From positions 62,001 through 126,000 of the IMG/VR virus record IMGVR_UViG_3300042560_001323: DNA of 64,000 nt, one strand, 5' to 3'. The notes beneath the pieces were generated by a model. It ran no database searches and was not told where the DNA came from. It saw only the letters and a list, made by a program, of their open reading frames with translations. The position numbers and the translations under genes are program-made. Shown one piece after another: positions 37,056 through 46,721 of the stretch (position 1 is the first letter of the stretch; each line of letters begins with the position of its first letter).

Positions 37056-37832
37056 CTATAAATTTAAGTAAAAGTGTGGATTAAACCCCGTGTTTTGTCC
37101 GGGATACCCGACAGGATTACATATAACCCGACACTCTCCAATTTTGTAATCAAAAGGAGTATGCGTATGCCCGTGGATAAAGTATTTAATTTGAGGGTGT
37201 TTCATAATCAACTCATCTAAATCACTACAATACGCACTATTACACGATGAAGTTTTATACTCATCTGCAATGGAGCGATAACTTGGAGCGTGATGACTAA
37301 TCACGAATACATTCTCTTTGAGAGTTTCAAGTTGATTGAGAAGATAATCCCTACTTTTAAGATGAAAGTTTAGCGTATCTTGTGCTCTCAACTTTCTATA
37401 ATTGGAACCAATACGAATGACTTTATAATCATTCATATATTGCTCCGCATCCATCATTTCTATAGGATTTCCATTACGAAAGTTAGTCCATAGAGTGAAC
37501 CCCACAAAAGCCCAATCCCCAATCTTGATAGTATCATTCTCTAATAGATGAAAGTTATTAGGAAGATGCTCCTTTAAGGTTTTAAAAGTTCCTTCAAAAT
37601 TGAACCCGAAGTGTTCGTGATTTCCTAACACATAAAGAACTTGATTAAAATTCTTGGAGCAATTCTCCAGAAATGTATAGTAAACATTGTGAAGATACCC
37701 ATTAGTCTTAAAATACTTAACCGAAAGAATATCTCCCGCTAAGATTAGTACATCTCCGCGTCCTAAATCTGGAAGTATTTGACAAGAAATATAATGGTCA
37801 AGGTGAATATCTGATGCGATCCGAACCTTCAC
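37056..37832 (-). CDS. Calcineurin-like metallophosphoesterase
   Basis: SDIH, LAGD, LGNHE, TLWT, SHHAP, HGHTH, NP.GY. Confidence 0.92.
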   Translation of the reverse strand: MKVRIASDIHLDHYISCQILPDLGRGDVLILAGDILSVKYFKTNGYLHNVYYTFLENCSKNFNQVLYVLGNHEHFGFNFEGTFKTLKEHLPNNFHLLENDTIKIGDWAFVGFTLWTNFRNGNPIEMMDAEQYMNDYKVIRIGSNYRKLRAQDTLNFHLKSRDYLLNQLETLKENVFVISHHAPSYRSIADEYKTSSCNSAYCSDLDELIMKHPQIKYFIHGHTHTPFDYKIGECRVICNPVGYPGQNTGFNPHFYLNL

Positions 37833-37907
37833 TTTTATAGCTCCTTTACTTGAGTTCTTTCATTATAGCAGGTTTTAGGGCCTGTGCCCGTTTAGTGTGC
37901 CAGTTCA

Positions 37908-38765
37908 TCAGGTGGACTCCGATGTTAGTTTAAGTATTCTTAAAATATCTTTATGTGGAGATTTTCTTTTATTGCTTACGATATAATATAATGAATTTGG
38001 TTTATAGTTATTGTTCATTGCCCATTCAGATAAGCAAAAAATTATTTCACATCTACCGTCATTAAATTCAATTTTATAGTGTGATGAATTTGAATTTTTA
38101 TTTCCAGGTTTTGAATAATTACCAGTTAATGGTAATCTTCCAGGTTTCCATCCATTTGGGCATTCTGGGCAAAACTTTTGCTCACATTCATTATTCCACC
38201 ATTTATTTTTCTTTCTTTCATTAGTGAGCCTATCTACAATTTCTCTATCTATTTTATTTCCTTTTGAATAATTATTTCCCAATAAAGACTTACTAATTTT
38301 TCTTTTAGTTTCTTCGGTTAGAGGTTTACCTTTTTTTGCTTCACTCATTTTTCTTCTGGTTTCTTCTGATAGATTTTTACTCGCCTCACTCATTTTTCTT
38401 TTACTTTCTTCAGAATGTGATTTACCATAAAGAGGGTGATTTTTACCTTTACGACACTCACTCATTTTCCGTCTAGTTTCCATAGATAGATTTGCTGGAG
38501 CAACTCCACCATCACTTCTATTTCTCAATAAACCAGTACCTAAATCTTTTCTGCCGAAAACAGCAATCATATATCTTTCGTGATGGAGAGCTTCATCTTC
38601 TGTTAGATTTTGTTTTAGAAAGATTATTCTTAGTTTATCTTTAGGGGGGTTTACTTCATTTTTCCCTTTACGGTAAATTCTTCTTCCTTGTCCTTTCCCA
38701 ATATAATAAGGACTTCCATCTTCACGCAAATATGCGTAAGTATAAAACCTTTTTGGGTCTTTCAT
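37908..38765 (-). CDS. Free-standing GIY-YIG homing endonuclease with NUMOD3 repeats
   Basis: FYTYAYLREDGSPYYIGKG; SEE.RRKMSE repeats; start refined to MKDPKRF. Confidence 0.9.
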   Translation of the reverse strand: MKDPKRFYTYAYLREDGSPYYIGKGQGRRIYRKGKNEVNPPKDKLRIIFLKQNLTEDEALHHERYMIAVFGRKDLGTGLLRNRSDGGVAPANLSMETRRKMSECRKGKNHPLYGKSHSEESKRKMSEASKNLSEETRRKMSEAKKGKPLTEETKRKISKSLLGNNYSKGNKIDREIVDRLTNERKKNKWWNNECEQKFCPECPNGWKPGRLPLTGNYSKPGNKNSNSSHYKIEFNDGRCEIIFCLSEWAMNNNYKPNSLYYIVSNKRKSPHKDILRILKLTSEST

Positions 38766-38775
38766 CTGCTCTATA

Positions 38776-38859
38776 AATTGACTTGCAATGCTATTTATAT
38801 TTTTAAATTTTAAGGGGAAGTATGATAACTCCCCCAACCTGAAAAGATGCAAGTCAATT
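38776..38859 (-). promoter_or_regulatory. Leader hairpin (12-bp inverted repeat) enclosing a TATAAATA late promoter upstream of the endonuclease
   Basis: AATTGACTTGCA (38776-87) / TGCAAGTCAATT (38848-59); TATAAATA at 38792-38799. Confidence 0.65.
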
Positions 38860-38890
38860 ACAGGCATTAGTATTTATACCGCTAAAAAAT

Positions 38891-39064
38891 TTAATTTTCA
38901 TCATCTTTAAGTTTGGCAATTTCTTCCTGAATCCGGCATTGAAGTTCTTTTAGTTGAGTTGTAGAAACATCATAGTCGTCAAACTCATTATACTTTTTAA
39001 TTGACTTAATTGCCACGGAAAGGCAATAATCAAGATTTTGGAGGTCGTTCAAATTAAGATTCAT
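38891..39064 (-). CDS. Small hypothetical protein
   Basis: Manual translation MNLNLNDLQNLDYCLSVAIKS..., 57 aa. Confidence 0.5.
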   Translation of the reverse strand: MNLNLNDLQNLDYCLSVAIKSIKKYNEFDDYDVSTTQLKELQCRIQEEIAKLKDDEN

Positions 39065-39148
39065 AGTTCTTTCTTAATGAAGAGTTGATGGTTACACCCT
39101 ACTAGATTTAGCCGGGTTGTGGGTATTTAGTGGACGGTTTGAGTACTG

Positions 39149-39184
39149 TCATAAGTCGTTAAAAGGGGGAACAACAAAGTCTTA
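39149..39184 (-). repeat. Relic of the 3' end of the AAXX-repeat gene family
   Basis: AAGACTTTGTTGTT..TTTTAACGACTTATGA matches the ends of the copies at 47134 and 49209, with a small deletion. Confidence 0.65.
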
Positions 39185-39236
39185 TCCTCAAGATTTGTCA
39201 AGGGTTAGGAGGTGAGGGTTTGCTGACAATATAAAT

Positions 39237-39431
39237 TCAGTTTAATTCTTGTTGGTTGATGTAGTGATAGACTGGTTCAGGTTCTAACTCTTTATAATAT
39301 TCGTGGTGTTCTTTAATTTGTTGAAGGGCTAGTTCTTTTGTTTTATACGAATAGCCAAAATCAGTCCACCACCACAAAAAGTTAATCTGTGGAGTAAAAA
39401 CTCCGTTGCGTTCTTCAATTCTGTATTACAT
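39237..39431 (-). pseudogene. Decayed ORF (ATG immediately followed by TAA, plus a later frameshift)
   Basis: YRIEERNGVFTPQINFLWWWTD... continues in another frame as KELEPEPVYHYI. Confidence 0.45.
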
Positions 39432-39432
39432 T

Positions 39433-39837
39433 TTACCATTGCTCTTGTGGAAATTTGTTTTTTACATCATATAAGTCGTCATCAATAGTTTCAATTTTAC
39501 TTTCAATATATTGAAGACGTTCAAATAGATTTTTTAAAAACAGTTCCATTCCAGACTTTTCATACTCGTCATCTTTTAGTAAAGTTTCTATTAGGTTTCC
39601 CGATATTCCCGTAAACATTTGGCTTGCAAAATTCCACGAGTTAACATTTCCAATAAATTCCTCGTGCAACCAAAAATCTTTAAAATCCTCTCTAATCATA
39701 GTAAAATTGGCAGAGGGAGCATCGGTATAACCCATTTGCATTCCGTGTTGTCCATACTCGGGAAGATAAGGAAAAGTTTTGTCCCATTTGGCCTTCCCCT
39801 TTTTCGTTAATCCGTTTGGTTCTAAAAATACTAGCAT
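39433..39837 (-). CDS. Hypothetical protein
   Basis: 134 aa ORF. Confidence 0.65.
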   Translation of the reverse strand: MLVFLEPNGLTKKGKAKWDKTFPYLPEYGQHGMQMGYTDAPSANFTMIREDFKDFWLHEEFIGNVNSWNFASQMFTGISGNLIETLLKDDEYEKSGMELFLKNLFERLQYIESKIETIDDDLYDVKNKFPQEQW

Positions 39838-39886
39838 AGTTCAATTATTTTAACGATTATGAGCTTAGCACACCATCTTGATTTTG

Positions 39887-40687
39887 TCAAACCCCTTGTG
39901 CCACTTGTCCAGATGGCTCGGCGATGCGCCCATGATAAGGATTAAAATCTGTGATTTGTTCAAGAGAAACCTGTGCTCCTAATTGGGACCAGAAGTTAAA
40001 AATGCCGTCATAAGAATTTTTATGAAAAGCATCTAAGTGTTCCGGGTGAATAGTTGAGCCCATATCCAACTTATATAAAAATAGTGGACAAGCATACGTC
40101 ATACCAGCATTATAGATTAGGTCATCTGCGGTTGCTCTTGGTTTTACTCCATTGTCTAGTTTATATTTGTCATCTCTAATGTGTAGGTCAATAAGTTTTT
40201 TGGCATACCGGCGTGTAATGATATAACAAGCAGTGGAAAAACTGTTGACGAATCTTGTATGAATTGGAACACTAATATCACCAGTTGAGATAATTGCAAG
40301 TTGAATACAATCCCAGGCATAAGGAACTCTGCCAATAAAATCAACGAAAGTGAAATTCCAGAAGCGGGCAATACTAATGTCTACATCATCCTCCATAAAA
40401 AGAGCATAAGGAGACTCAGATGTTTCATACCACTCCTTAATTGCTTTTAGATGACTACAAGTGCAACCAATTTCACCACTTGTCATATTCTCTGGATAGG
40501 TTCCCCTCAAAATTTCACTAAGGTCAGATGCTCTACCATCATATGCAGAGATTCTTGTGTAGTTTTCAATTTCCCAATAAGAGAACTGCTCCTCCATATA
40601 TTTACGACGGTTTTCCTGATCATCTAGATTAATATAATAGATTGAAGGAAGATTTTTTAGTTTATATGCTGATTTGTTGATGTCCAT
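39887..40687 (-). CDS. Glycosyltransferase family 25-like
   Basis: YYINLD....RR..ME, EIGCTCSHL.AI, MEDDV. Confidence 0.9.
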   Translation of the reverse strand: MDINKSAYKLKNLPSIYYINLDDQENRRKYMEEQFSYWEIENYTRISAYDGRASDLSEILRGTYPENMTSGEIGCTCSHLKAIKEWYETSESPYALFMEDDVDISIARFWNFTFVDFIGRVPYAWDCIQLAIISTGDISVPIHTRFVNSFSTACYIITRRYAKKLIDLHIRDDKYKLDNGVKPRATADDLIYNAGMTYACPLFLYKLDMGSTIHPEHLDAFHKNSYDGIFNFWSQLGAQVSLEQITDFNPYHGRIAEPSGQVAQGV

Positions 40688-40751
40688 ACTTAAAATTAAT
40701 GAAGAATATCATTCAAAATATACAATAAAAGATTTGTCTTATTTCCATCTT

Positions 40752-41447
40752 TTACATTATAAAATGTGTCCCAGTTGCGGGCATTTCTAGAATGTAAAAA
40801 TTGCCAGCAAAATGAAGTTCAAAGTTATAGCCCAATGTGACACTCTGATCGGTTAAATCAATATCCTTGTATGCTTCTGGATATGTTGCTCCAGTATTTT
40901 TAAATTTTATGTTTTTATCTCTTAAGATTGTATATGTTCCACCACCACTATCAACTTTTTGCCCTTCCACTTCCCCACATTTCCAATTTATTTCAGCAAA
41001 AGAACTAGTCTTAAATGCAACAAGACCCGGCCAAATGTATTTAACATGTTCTCGCTGCTGCAGCAGCCCGAGAATATCGTAACCATTCAACTCTTCAACA
41101 AGATTCAAGTCTTCGGTGAGGAAAATATCGTGATCTAAAAATAAAACAATCTTATCATCTAGTCGTTTAACTATATTATCATAAGTCCACTGAAGGGCCT
41201 CTGAATGATATTGTGATGATTGTAGCCCATTTGGAGATTGATGGGGGCAATAGTATACTGAAAGTTCTTGATACTTTTCACTTATCTTTTTGCAGACAGC
41301 TTCAAACTCATTTACTAAACTACCATTTCTAGTGTCGTGAATGACATTTAAGTTAAAATCATTTAAAAGAAATTTTTTAAGACAATCTACTTGCAGTTCC
41401 AGTAAATCTGGCCTATTAAATGCAAACGTAAATATTTCTATTTTCAT
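40752..41447 (-). CDS. Glycosyltransferase-like protein (GT-A fold)
   Basis: FAFNRPDLL, LFLDHDIF; located in the sugar cluster. Confidence 0.65.
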   Translation of the reverse strand: MKIEIFTFAFNRPDLLELQVDCLKKFLLNDFNLNVIHDTRNGSLVNEFEAVCKKISEKYQELSVYYCPHQSPNGLQSSQYHSEALQWTYDNIVKRLDDKIVLFLDHDIFLTEDLNLVEELNGYDILGLLQQREHVKYIWPGLVAFKTSSFAEINWKCGEVEGQKVDSGGGTYTILRDKNIKFKNTGATYPEAYKDIDLTDQSVTLGYNFELHFAGNFYILEMPATGTHFIM

Positions 41448-42337
41448 AATTGCCCCTCAATCCACTCAATTACATTGACCTTTGGCTCCCATTCTAAAAT
41501 GCCTTTGATCTTATCAATATTTGCTCTAGAATGAATAACTTCACCAATACGTTCGGGTAAATTAATTTGATTCAAAGAGATAAGATTCGCAATAAATTCA
41601 ATGGAAGTGCCTAGCCCAGTTCCAACATTAAAAACCTCACCATACTTATATAAATTTTTTTGGCTCGCAATAATGTTTGCAGATACCACATCAGAAACGT
41701 GAACGAAGTCCCGTGTTTGATAACCTTCACCAATAAGAGTAAGAGGTTCATTATTATTTTTCTGCCTTAGAAAAATTCCCAAAACTGGAGCATAACTTCC
41801 AACAAGAGGCTGCCTCTCACCATAAACATTAAAGTATCGGAAGATAACGGTTTTCAGCCCGTAAAGGTTGTAATACATCTGGCAAAGTTGTTCACCGGAA
41901 TACTTTGAAATGGAGTAAGTATTCAAACAATCAATAGGATTGGTTTCCACACTGGGGAGAAACAGACTATTTCCATAAACCGCAGAGGTAGAGGAAAATA
42001 CAACTCGCTCAACACCATATTTTCTTGATGCCTCTAAAACATTTAAAGTTGAGAGAACATTATTCTGCATTGACTCTCGGGGATGCTCAACACAGTAAGG
42101 AATAGAAATCTCTGAGGCAAGATGAAAGACGTAATTTACATCTTCAAATAACCATTCGATTCCAGAATAATTAGACAAATCGGCCTTGTGATAAGTTGCA
42201 TTATCATTAAAGAAGTATTCAGTTCTTGTTGAAGAGGTCTGGCTATCAATAACAACAACCTCGTGTCCAAGTTCAATAAGTTTATCTACAATATGGGAGC
42301 CAATAAAACCGCAACCACCAGTTACAATACTTTTCAT
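41444..42337 (-). CDS. NAD-dependent nucleotide-sugar epimerase/dehydratase
   Basis: VTGGCGFIGSH, SSTSAVYG, YSISK (YxxxK), RYFNVYG, RDFVHV. Confidence 0.95.
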   Translation of the reverse strand: MKSIVTGGCGFIGSHIVDKLIELGHEVVVIDSQTSSTRTEYFFNDNATYHKADLSNYSGIEWLFEDVNYVFHLASEISIPYCVEHPRESMQNNVLSTLNVLEASRKYGVERVVFSSTSAVYGNSLFLPSVETNPIDCLNTYSISKYSGEQLCQMYYNLYGLKTVIFRYFNVYGERQPLVGSYAPVLGIFLRQKNNNEPLTLIGEGYQTRDFVHVSDVVSANIIASQKNLYKYGEVFNVGTGLGTSIEFIANLISLNQINLPERIGEVIHSRANIDKIKGILEWEPKVNVIEWIEGQL

Positions 42338-43104
42338 ACAATTCTCGTTGGAACAAAATAACCTGGAATGCCATTAACATCCCGTCTACTTATTAGTGGT
42401 CGGAAAGGCGATTTAAACTCCTCGTTTAACTTATAGAAGTTCGCATCGTCAATTAGAATCTGCCGGTAAAAAGACTCAGCATCAACGGCATCTATTGAGT
42501 TCTCAGACAGTTTGCCGGTCGTTACTGCCGACCATTCATATTGCCTGAACAGAGGTTCATCTAGTGCATACACATCAAAGTATTTTTGATTTTCGGCAAA
42601 CCCAATGTCAAGATGATTATTTACTTGATAGCCGTGATGATAAGCAATCCGTGAGCACATTTGAGTATATTCATCATTGAGATATAGAATTGCGTGAGTT
42701 GCTAGCATATTGTAGACCCTTACACATTCAGTATCAGTTTTAGATGTATGAACATATGGTCCAGAATGATTCAGATATCTACCCCAATGTGAAATACCAA
42801 GATACACAGCATCTGCTGTATTTGGATATTCTATTACACCATTGAACTCTTTATTTAAGGAACAGTCATCTTCTAGAATGATTGCTGGACCACTAAGAGT
42901 AGAGAGAATCTTATGATGTGACCGGGCACAACCAACAATTCTACCAGCCTCGTGCTTAATAGCAGAAACGCGGGTTACATCTTTAAACCCCATTTCGCCA
43001 AGAAGTTTTTCAGTTCTTTCCTTCTTTTCTGCCTCTTCATCCAGATTAATATAATAAACTGGAATTTCTCTTAAATCAAGTTTATAATCAATTACGGACT
43101 TCAT
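42334..43104 (-). CDS. GT25-like glycosyltransferase
   Basis: YYINLD, GCARSH, ILEDD, YNMLATHAILY; start refined to MKSVID. Confidence 0.8.
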   Translation of the reverse strand: MKSVIDYKLDLREIPVYYINLDEEAEKKERTEKLLGEMGFKDVTRVSAIKHEAGRIVGCARSHHKILSTLSGPAIILEDDCSLNKEFNGVIEYPNTADAVYLGISHWGRYLNHSGPYVHTSKTDTECVRVYNMLATHAILYLNDEYTQMCSRIAYHHGYQVNNHLDIGFAENQKYFDVYALDEPLFRQYEWSAVTTGKLSENSIDAVDAESFYRQILIDDANFYKLNEEFKSPFRPLISRRDVNGIPGYFVPTRIV

Positions 43105-43816
43105 TATGATTCTTCTGTAATGCCATAACCTTTGGAGAGAATGGAACTCTCCAACCGTATGGATAATATTTAGTAGGAGCACCATTCTCATCTGCACCTT
43201 CTGGGAAGCAATAAGATGGATTAAGTTCAAGAGTTGGGGGATTATCAATAAGATAACGATTCATATGAGATTCATCGTGCCATTCTGCAATGATACCACT
43301 ATCAAAATCTCTATTAATATTTTCAACAATTGTCTCAGCCATACTCAAAAAGTTCACAGGATTTCCACCGTTAAATCCTCCCGCATAATATTTTCTTCCT
43401 GCTCCATATGGAACATATGCGGTGCTCTGTGGTCGCCTTTCGTAAGTAAAAGAATCTGGTGTTTTATTCCACATTCCAGGATGTTGGGTAGCCACAAGGT
43501 CTCCAAAAATTTCTTCCCCGACATTATCCACAATCATCATATCAACGTCAAGATAAAAACAATAATCATATTTTTGAATATGTTCTTTTTCTTGAAGAAA
43601 ATAATGATACCTCTTAAGAGTTGGCATCGGCCAAGGCTCGTGTTGAATTTGTGAGACCTTAATTCGGTCAGATTCAACTTCAAGTTCTTGATTAGTAAAT
43701 ACTAGAGCATCAACCGTATGGCCATTTAAAAAATTTTGATCAATAGAATCTAGCAAAGGATTGATGAACCGAATGTAGTGGTTTGTTGCCACATTTAAAA
43801 TACAAATTTTTTTCAT
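43088..43816 (-). CDS. Family 6 glycosyltransferase (ABO / alpha-1,3-Gal(NAc)-transferase-like)
   Basis: WPMPTL.RY, FYLDVD, HPG, YERR..STAYV, YYAGGF.GG, WHDESHMNRY. Confidence 0.92.
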   Translation of the reverse strand: MKKICILNVATNHYIRFINPLLDSIDQNFLNGHTVDALVFTNQELEVESDRIKVSQIQHEPWPMPTLKRYHYFLQEKEHIQKYDYCFYLDVDMMIVDNVGEEIFGDLVATQHPGMWNKTPDSFTYERRPQSTAYVPYGAGRKYYAGGFNGGNPVNFLSMAETIVENINRDFDSGIIAEWHDESHMNRYLIDNPPTLELNPSYCFPEGADENGAPTKYYPYGWRVPFSPKVMALQKNHNEVRN

Positions 43817-44490
43817 TGCTTCTCCATATAAAATTCTTCTGTTACAAAAACGGTGTTATGAATATCGCTATAAATTTCTACATATTTTTTTAATTTGATA
43901 AACTCTCTTAGTTCCTTTATTTCTTGAATTAGGTCTGGATATTTTTGAAATGATGGATGTTCATCTTCTAATTCAACAATTAACATTTTGGGGCGCCACT
44001 CATCAATGTCAAATGTTTTAAAAATTTCAGATTCTTTTCCTTCTACATCTACTATAAGAATATCAAAGTTTTTAGGGGCTTCTAGCCGGTTCATCAACGT
44101 ATCCAAACGCATCTGGTCACACATTACTTCATCAAACTGAATATGGGCAGACCAGTCAATTTCTTTATATCTATCAACTTGTTCTGGATTTAGGGTTGAA
44201 AGGGTTTGCCCCCTATACATTTTAATTTCACCTTCTTCTAGACCAATAGCAACGTTAGCAACTGTAACGTCATTCAGTTCGTGTCGTTTTAGGCATTTTA
44301 AATAGTATTCATAAACGGGCTCAATATACAGTCCATTCCATCCAATATCGGCTAAAAAAGAGGTATTTGAAACAAACTCCCCATCATAAGCACCAACTTC
44401 AACAAAGAAGCCTTTTGATGGATAGCCAAAATATTTTTGATAAATTTCATTGAGAGTTTTAACTTGACAATCAGGAGATATATTATACAT
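43813..44490 (-). CDS. FkbM-family methyltransferase
   Basis: FVEVGAYDG...SNT, IEP, DVEG.E. Confidence 0.9.
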   Translation of the reverse strand: MYNISPDCQVKTLNEIYQKYFGYPSKGFFVEVGAYDGEFVSNTSFLADIGWNGLYIEPVYEYYLKCLKRHELNDVTVANVAIGLEEGEIKMYRGQTLSTLNPEQVDRYKEIDWSAHIQFDEVMCDQMRLDTLMNRLEAPKNFDILIVDVEGKESEIFKTFDIDEWRPKMLIVELEDEHPSFQKYPDLIQEIKELREFIKLKKYVEIYSDIHNTVFVTEEFYMEKQ

Positions 44491-45149
44491 TATTTCAAAG
44501 GATAAGGATAAAACTGAAGTGAATTAATTTCCATACATTCAGTGTGATTAACAGAGGTTATGGATCTATTTGTAGCATTTTCATTGCTACTCTGAGCAAA
44601 CAAGGGGTCGTTAAAGGCATAAACATTAAAGTATCTTTGCACCTCTGCGAAGGCAACATCGTTATAATTTTCTATAACATAACCAGTATGATACGCTATC
44701 CTTTTTATCAGACTGGTGTATTCTTCACTTAGATATAAAATGGAATGAGTCGCCAACATATTGTATACCCGGAGCAACCCCGGATAATCGTCTACATAAT
44801 CATATTGAATAAATTCTCCATTGTGACCATTCATTCTTCCCCAGGTTGAATTACCCAGATATACTGCATCGGCATCATCTGGAACATTAATTATTCCACC
44901 GTTCCAATTTTTGTCAAGTAAAAAAGCATCATCTTCTAGTAAAAGAAATGGAACATTTTCGGGGTCCAAAGAATGATAATGTGCCCTAGAACAACCCGCC
45001 ACGGGATTTTCGGGATAAATTGACCCATCTAAACGTTGAACTTTTTTAAAACTTAAACCAGTCAATAGAGCTTCAATCTTTTCTCTCTTGCTTGTGTGTT
45101 GTGGCAAATTAATATAATATGTTTGCAATTCAGTTAAATCAATTTGCAT
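44490..45149 (-). CDS. GT25-like glycosyltransferase (paralog of 42334-43104)
   Basis: YYINL, GCSRAH, LLEDD, YNMLATHSILY; start refined to MQIDL. Confidence 0.8.
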   Translation of the reverse strand: MQIDLTELQTYYINLPQHTSKREKIEALLTGLSFKKVQRLDGSIYPENPVAGCSRAHYHSLDPENVPFLLLEDDAFLLDKNWNGGIINVPDDADAVYLGNSTWGRMNGHNGEFIQYDYVDDYPGLLRVYNMLATHSILYLSEEYTSLIKRIAYHTGYVIENYNDVAFAEVQRYFNVYAFNDPLFAQSSNENATNRSITSVNHTECMEINSLQFYPYPLK

Positions 45150-45936
45150 TTTTACCGTAAATAATATGAACAGTGTGTGGGGGTCTAATTTCAATTTCAA
45201 AGGTAATAGAAAAGTCGTTGGAGGCCATTTCAATAAATGCCTGAGAGTTTAAATTATTTTCAGTAAAATTATTATATACAATATAAAAATTTTTGGCATT
45301 TTTGATGAAGGAGTTATAATAAAGTTTTTGATATTCCCTGGAACATTCAGAGAAAGCATAGTTACTAATAACCAAATCTAAGTTATCATTTTCTGCGACT
45401 TCACTTGTTGAGATGTGCTTGATTTTAGTTTTAAGATACTTGAACTTATTCAAGTATTTTTTTGATAACCTATTTACTTCTGGGAAGTCTACTAGATGAT
45501 AAGTATCAAACCTATTAAAAGAACTGAATACTTTACATAAGCCACCATATCCACCACCAATTTCTAGAACATTCTTAAAGGGCATCTCTGAGCCAAAATA
45601 TGAAACGATATCAAGACTATTCTTAATATATCTAACAGTTGTTGGCGAAATAACACCGAGTTCGGAATGATTAAACAATAAAGGAGAACCATATGTGTCG
45701 TTTTCCTTTACTGAGTTTACAAGAGCTTCAGTAAGAATTTCTTTAGATTTCATTTCCGAAAAATAAAGATTAGCATCGGTCTCTGTTAAATGTTCAAGAA
45801 CTGGTGTATATCTTGAATCTACCTTAAAAACGCTAAATAAATTATCATTTTCCACAAATTCATTGCAAGCCTGTAAATAGTTGTCAATCATAGACTGATT
45901 GACATCCCAAAGTTTATTCATTTCATTCTCCTTCAA
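45139..45936 (-). CDS. Putative sugar O-methyltransferase
   Basis: VLEIGGGYGG SAM motif, DLVISNYAFSE. Confidence 0.8.
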   Translation of the reverse strand: MKENEMNKLWDVNQSMIDNYLQACNEFVENDNLFSVFKVDSRYTPVLEHLTETDANLYFSEMKSKEILTEALVNSVKENDTYGSPLLFNHSELGVISPTTVRYIKNSLDIVSYFGSEMPFKNVLEIGGGYGGLCKVFSSFNRFDTYHLVDFPEVNRLSKKYLNKFKYLKTKIKHISTSEVAENDNLDLVISNYAFSECSREYQKLYYNSFIKNAKNFYIVYNNFTENNLNSQAFIEMASNDFSITFEIEIRPPHTVHIIYGKNAN

Positions 45937-46721
45937 ATTGTCTTCCAGGACTCCCTATATATTCCGCTTGAATCCGCTCCCGTTAAAGTCTCCCCAAACC
46001 ACAGTTTAGGAGCAACAGTCTTTTTGCTATCTGCCAAATAACTTCCCCACCACGAAAAAGAAGAGTTGCAGATGATATGATAAGAGCACATACTCTGTAA
46101 ACATAGATCAACCGCTGTTGTATTGTTTTCCGAAATCAGAAATCTATCATCTTCAAAGAGTTCCTGTTCGTAGCACCATTGATGGTCGTCCGAAAATACC
46201 ATAACTGGTAGAGAAGAATCAAAATGCTTCAAGGCTTCTTCATAATAAGACATTGGTTGCAGGGGATGGTTAGGATTACTAACATAATCTCCCCTTCGGA
46301 TATGTAGAGAAATGTATTCTTCATTGCCTAGAAGATTTCCACAAAGACCTTGAATCTCTTCAGAAAAAGTGAAGTCTTTTCTAATTTCTCCTTCAATATG
46401 TTTGAAGTAATTCTCGTTCTGAAAGTATCCAAGAAGATTGATATTATCTGGGCAGTTTTCAAATAAGTTCTGATCAAAATTAAATGTTGTCTCAGTAACA
46501 GTTTGATAATCGGTTATATGATAGTTTACTCCACTAAGTTGAAACGTATTGTGAATATTAGCATCCGAGTGTCTGACATTTAAATCAGTATGCCCTGCAA
46601 CATTTGGAGATGGAATACAAAAGTCAAATCCTCTATTTCTTGCGATACCCTTAAGAGATGCATACTGAAACATCTGATTACCGAGTCTTCCAAGATTGGC
46701 CAAATTGTTAAATGAAATCAT
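45933..46721 (-). CDS. Family 11 glycosyltransferase (alpha-1,2-fucosyltransferase-like)
   Basis: GRLGNQMFQYA, GYFQ...YF, LHIRRGDY, NSSFSWWG. Confidence 0.93.
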   Translation of the reverse strand: MISFNNLANLGRLGNQMFQYASLKGIARNRGFDFCIPSPNVAGHTDLNVRHSDANIHNTFQLSGVNYHITDYQTVTETTFNFDQNLFENCPDNINLLGYFQNENYFKHIEGEIRKDFTFSEEIQGLCGNLLGNEEYISLHIRRGDYVSNPNHPLQPMSYYEEALKHFDSSLPVMVFSDDHQWCYEQELFEDDRFLISENNTTAVDLCLQSMCSYHIICNSSFSWWGSYLADSKKTVAPKLWFGETLTGADSSGIYRESWKTI

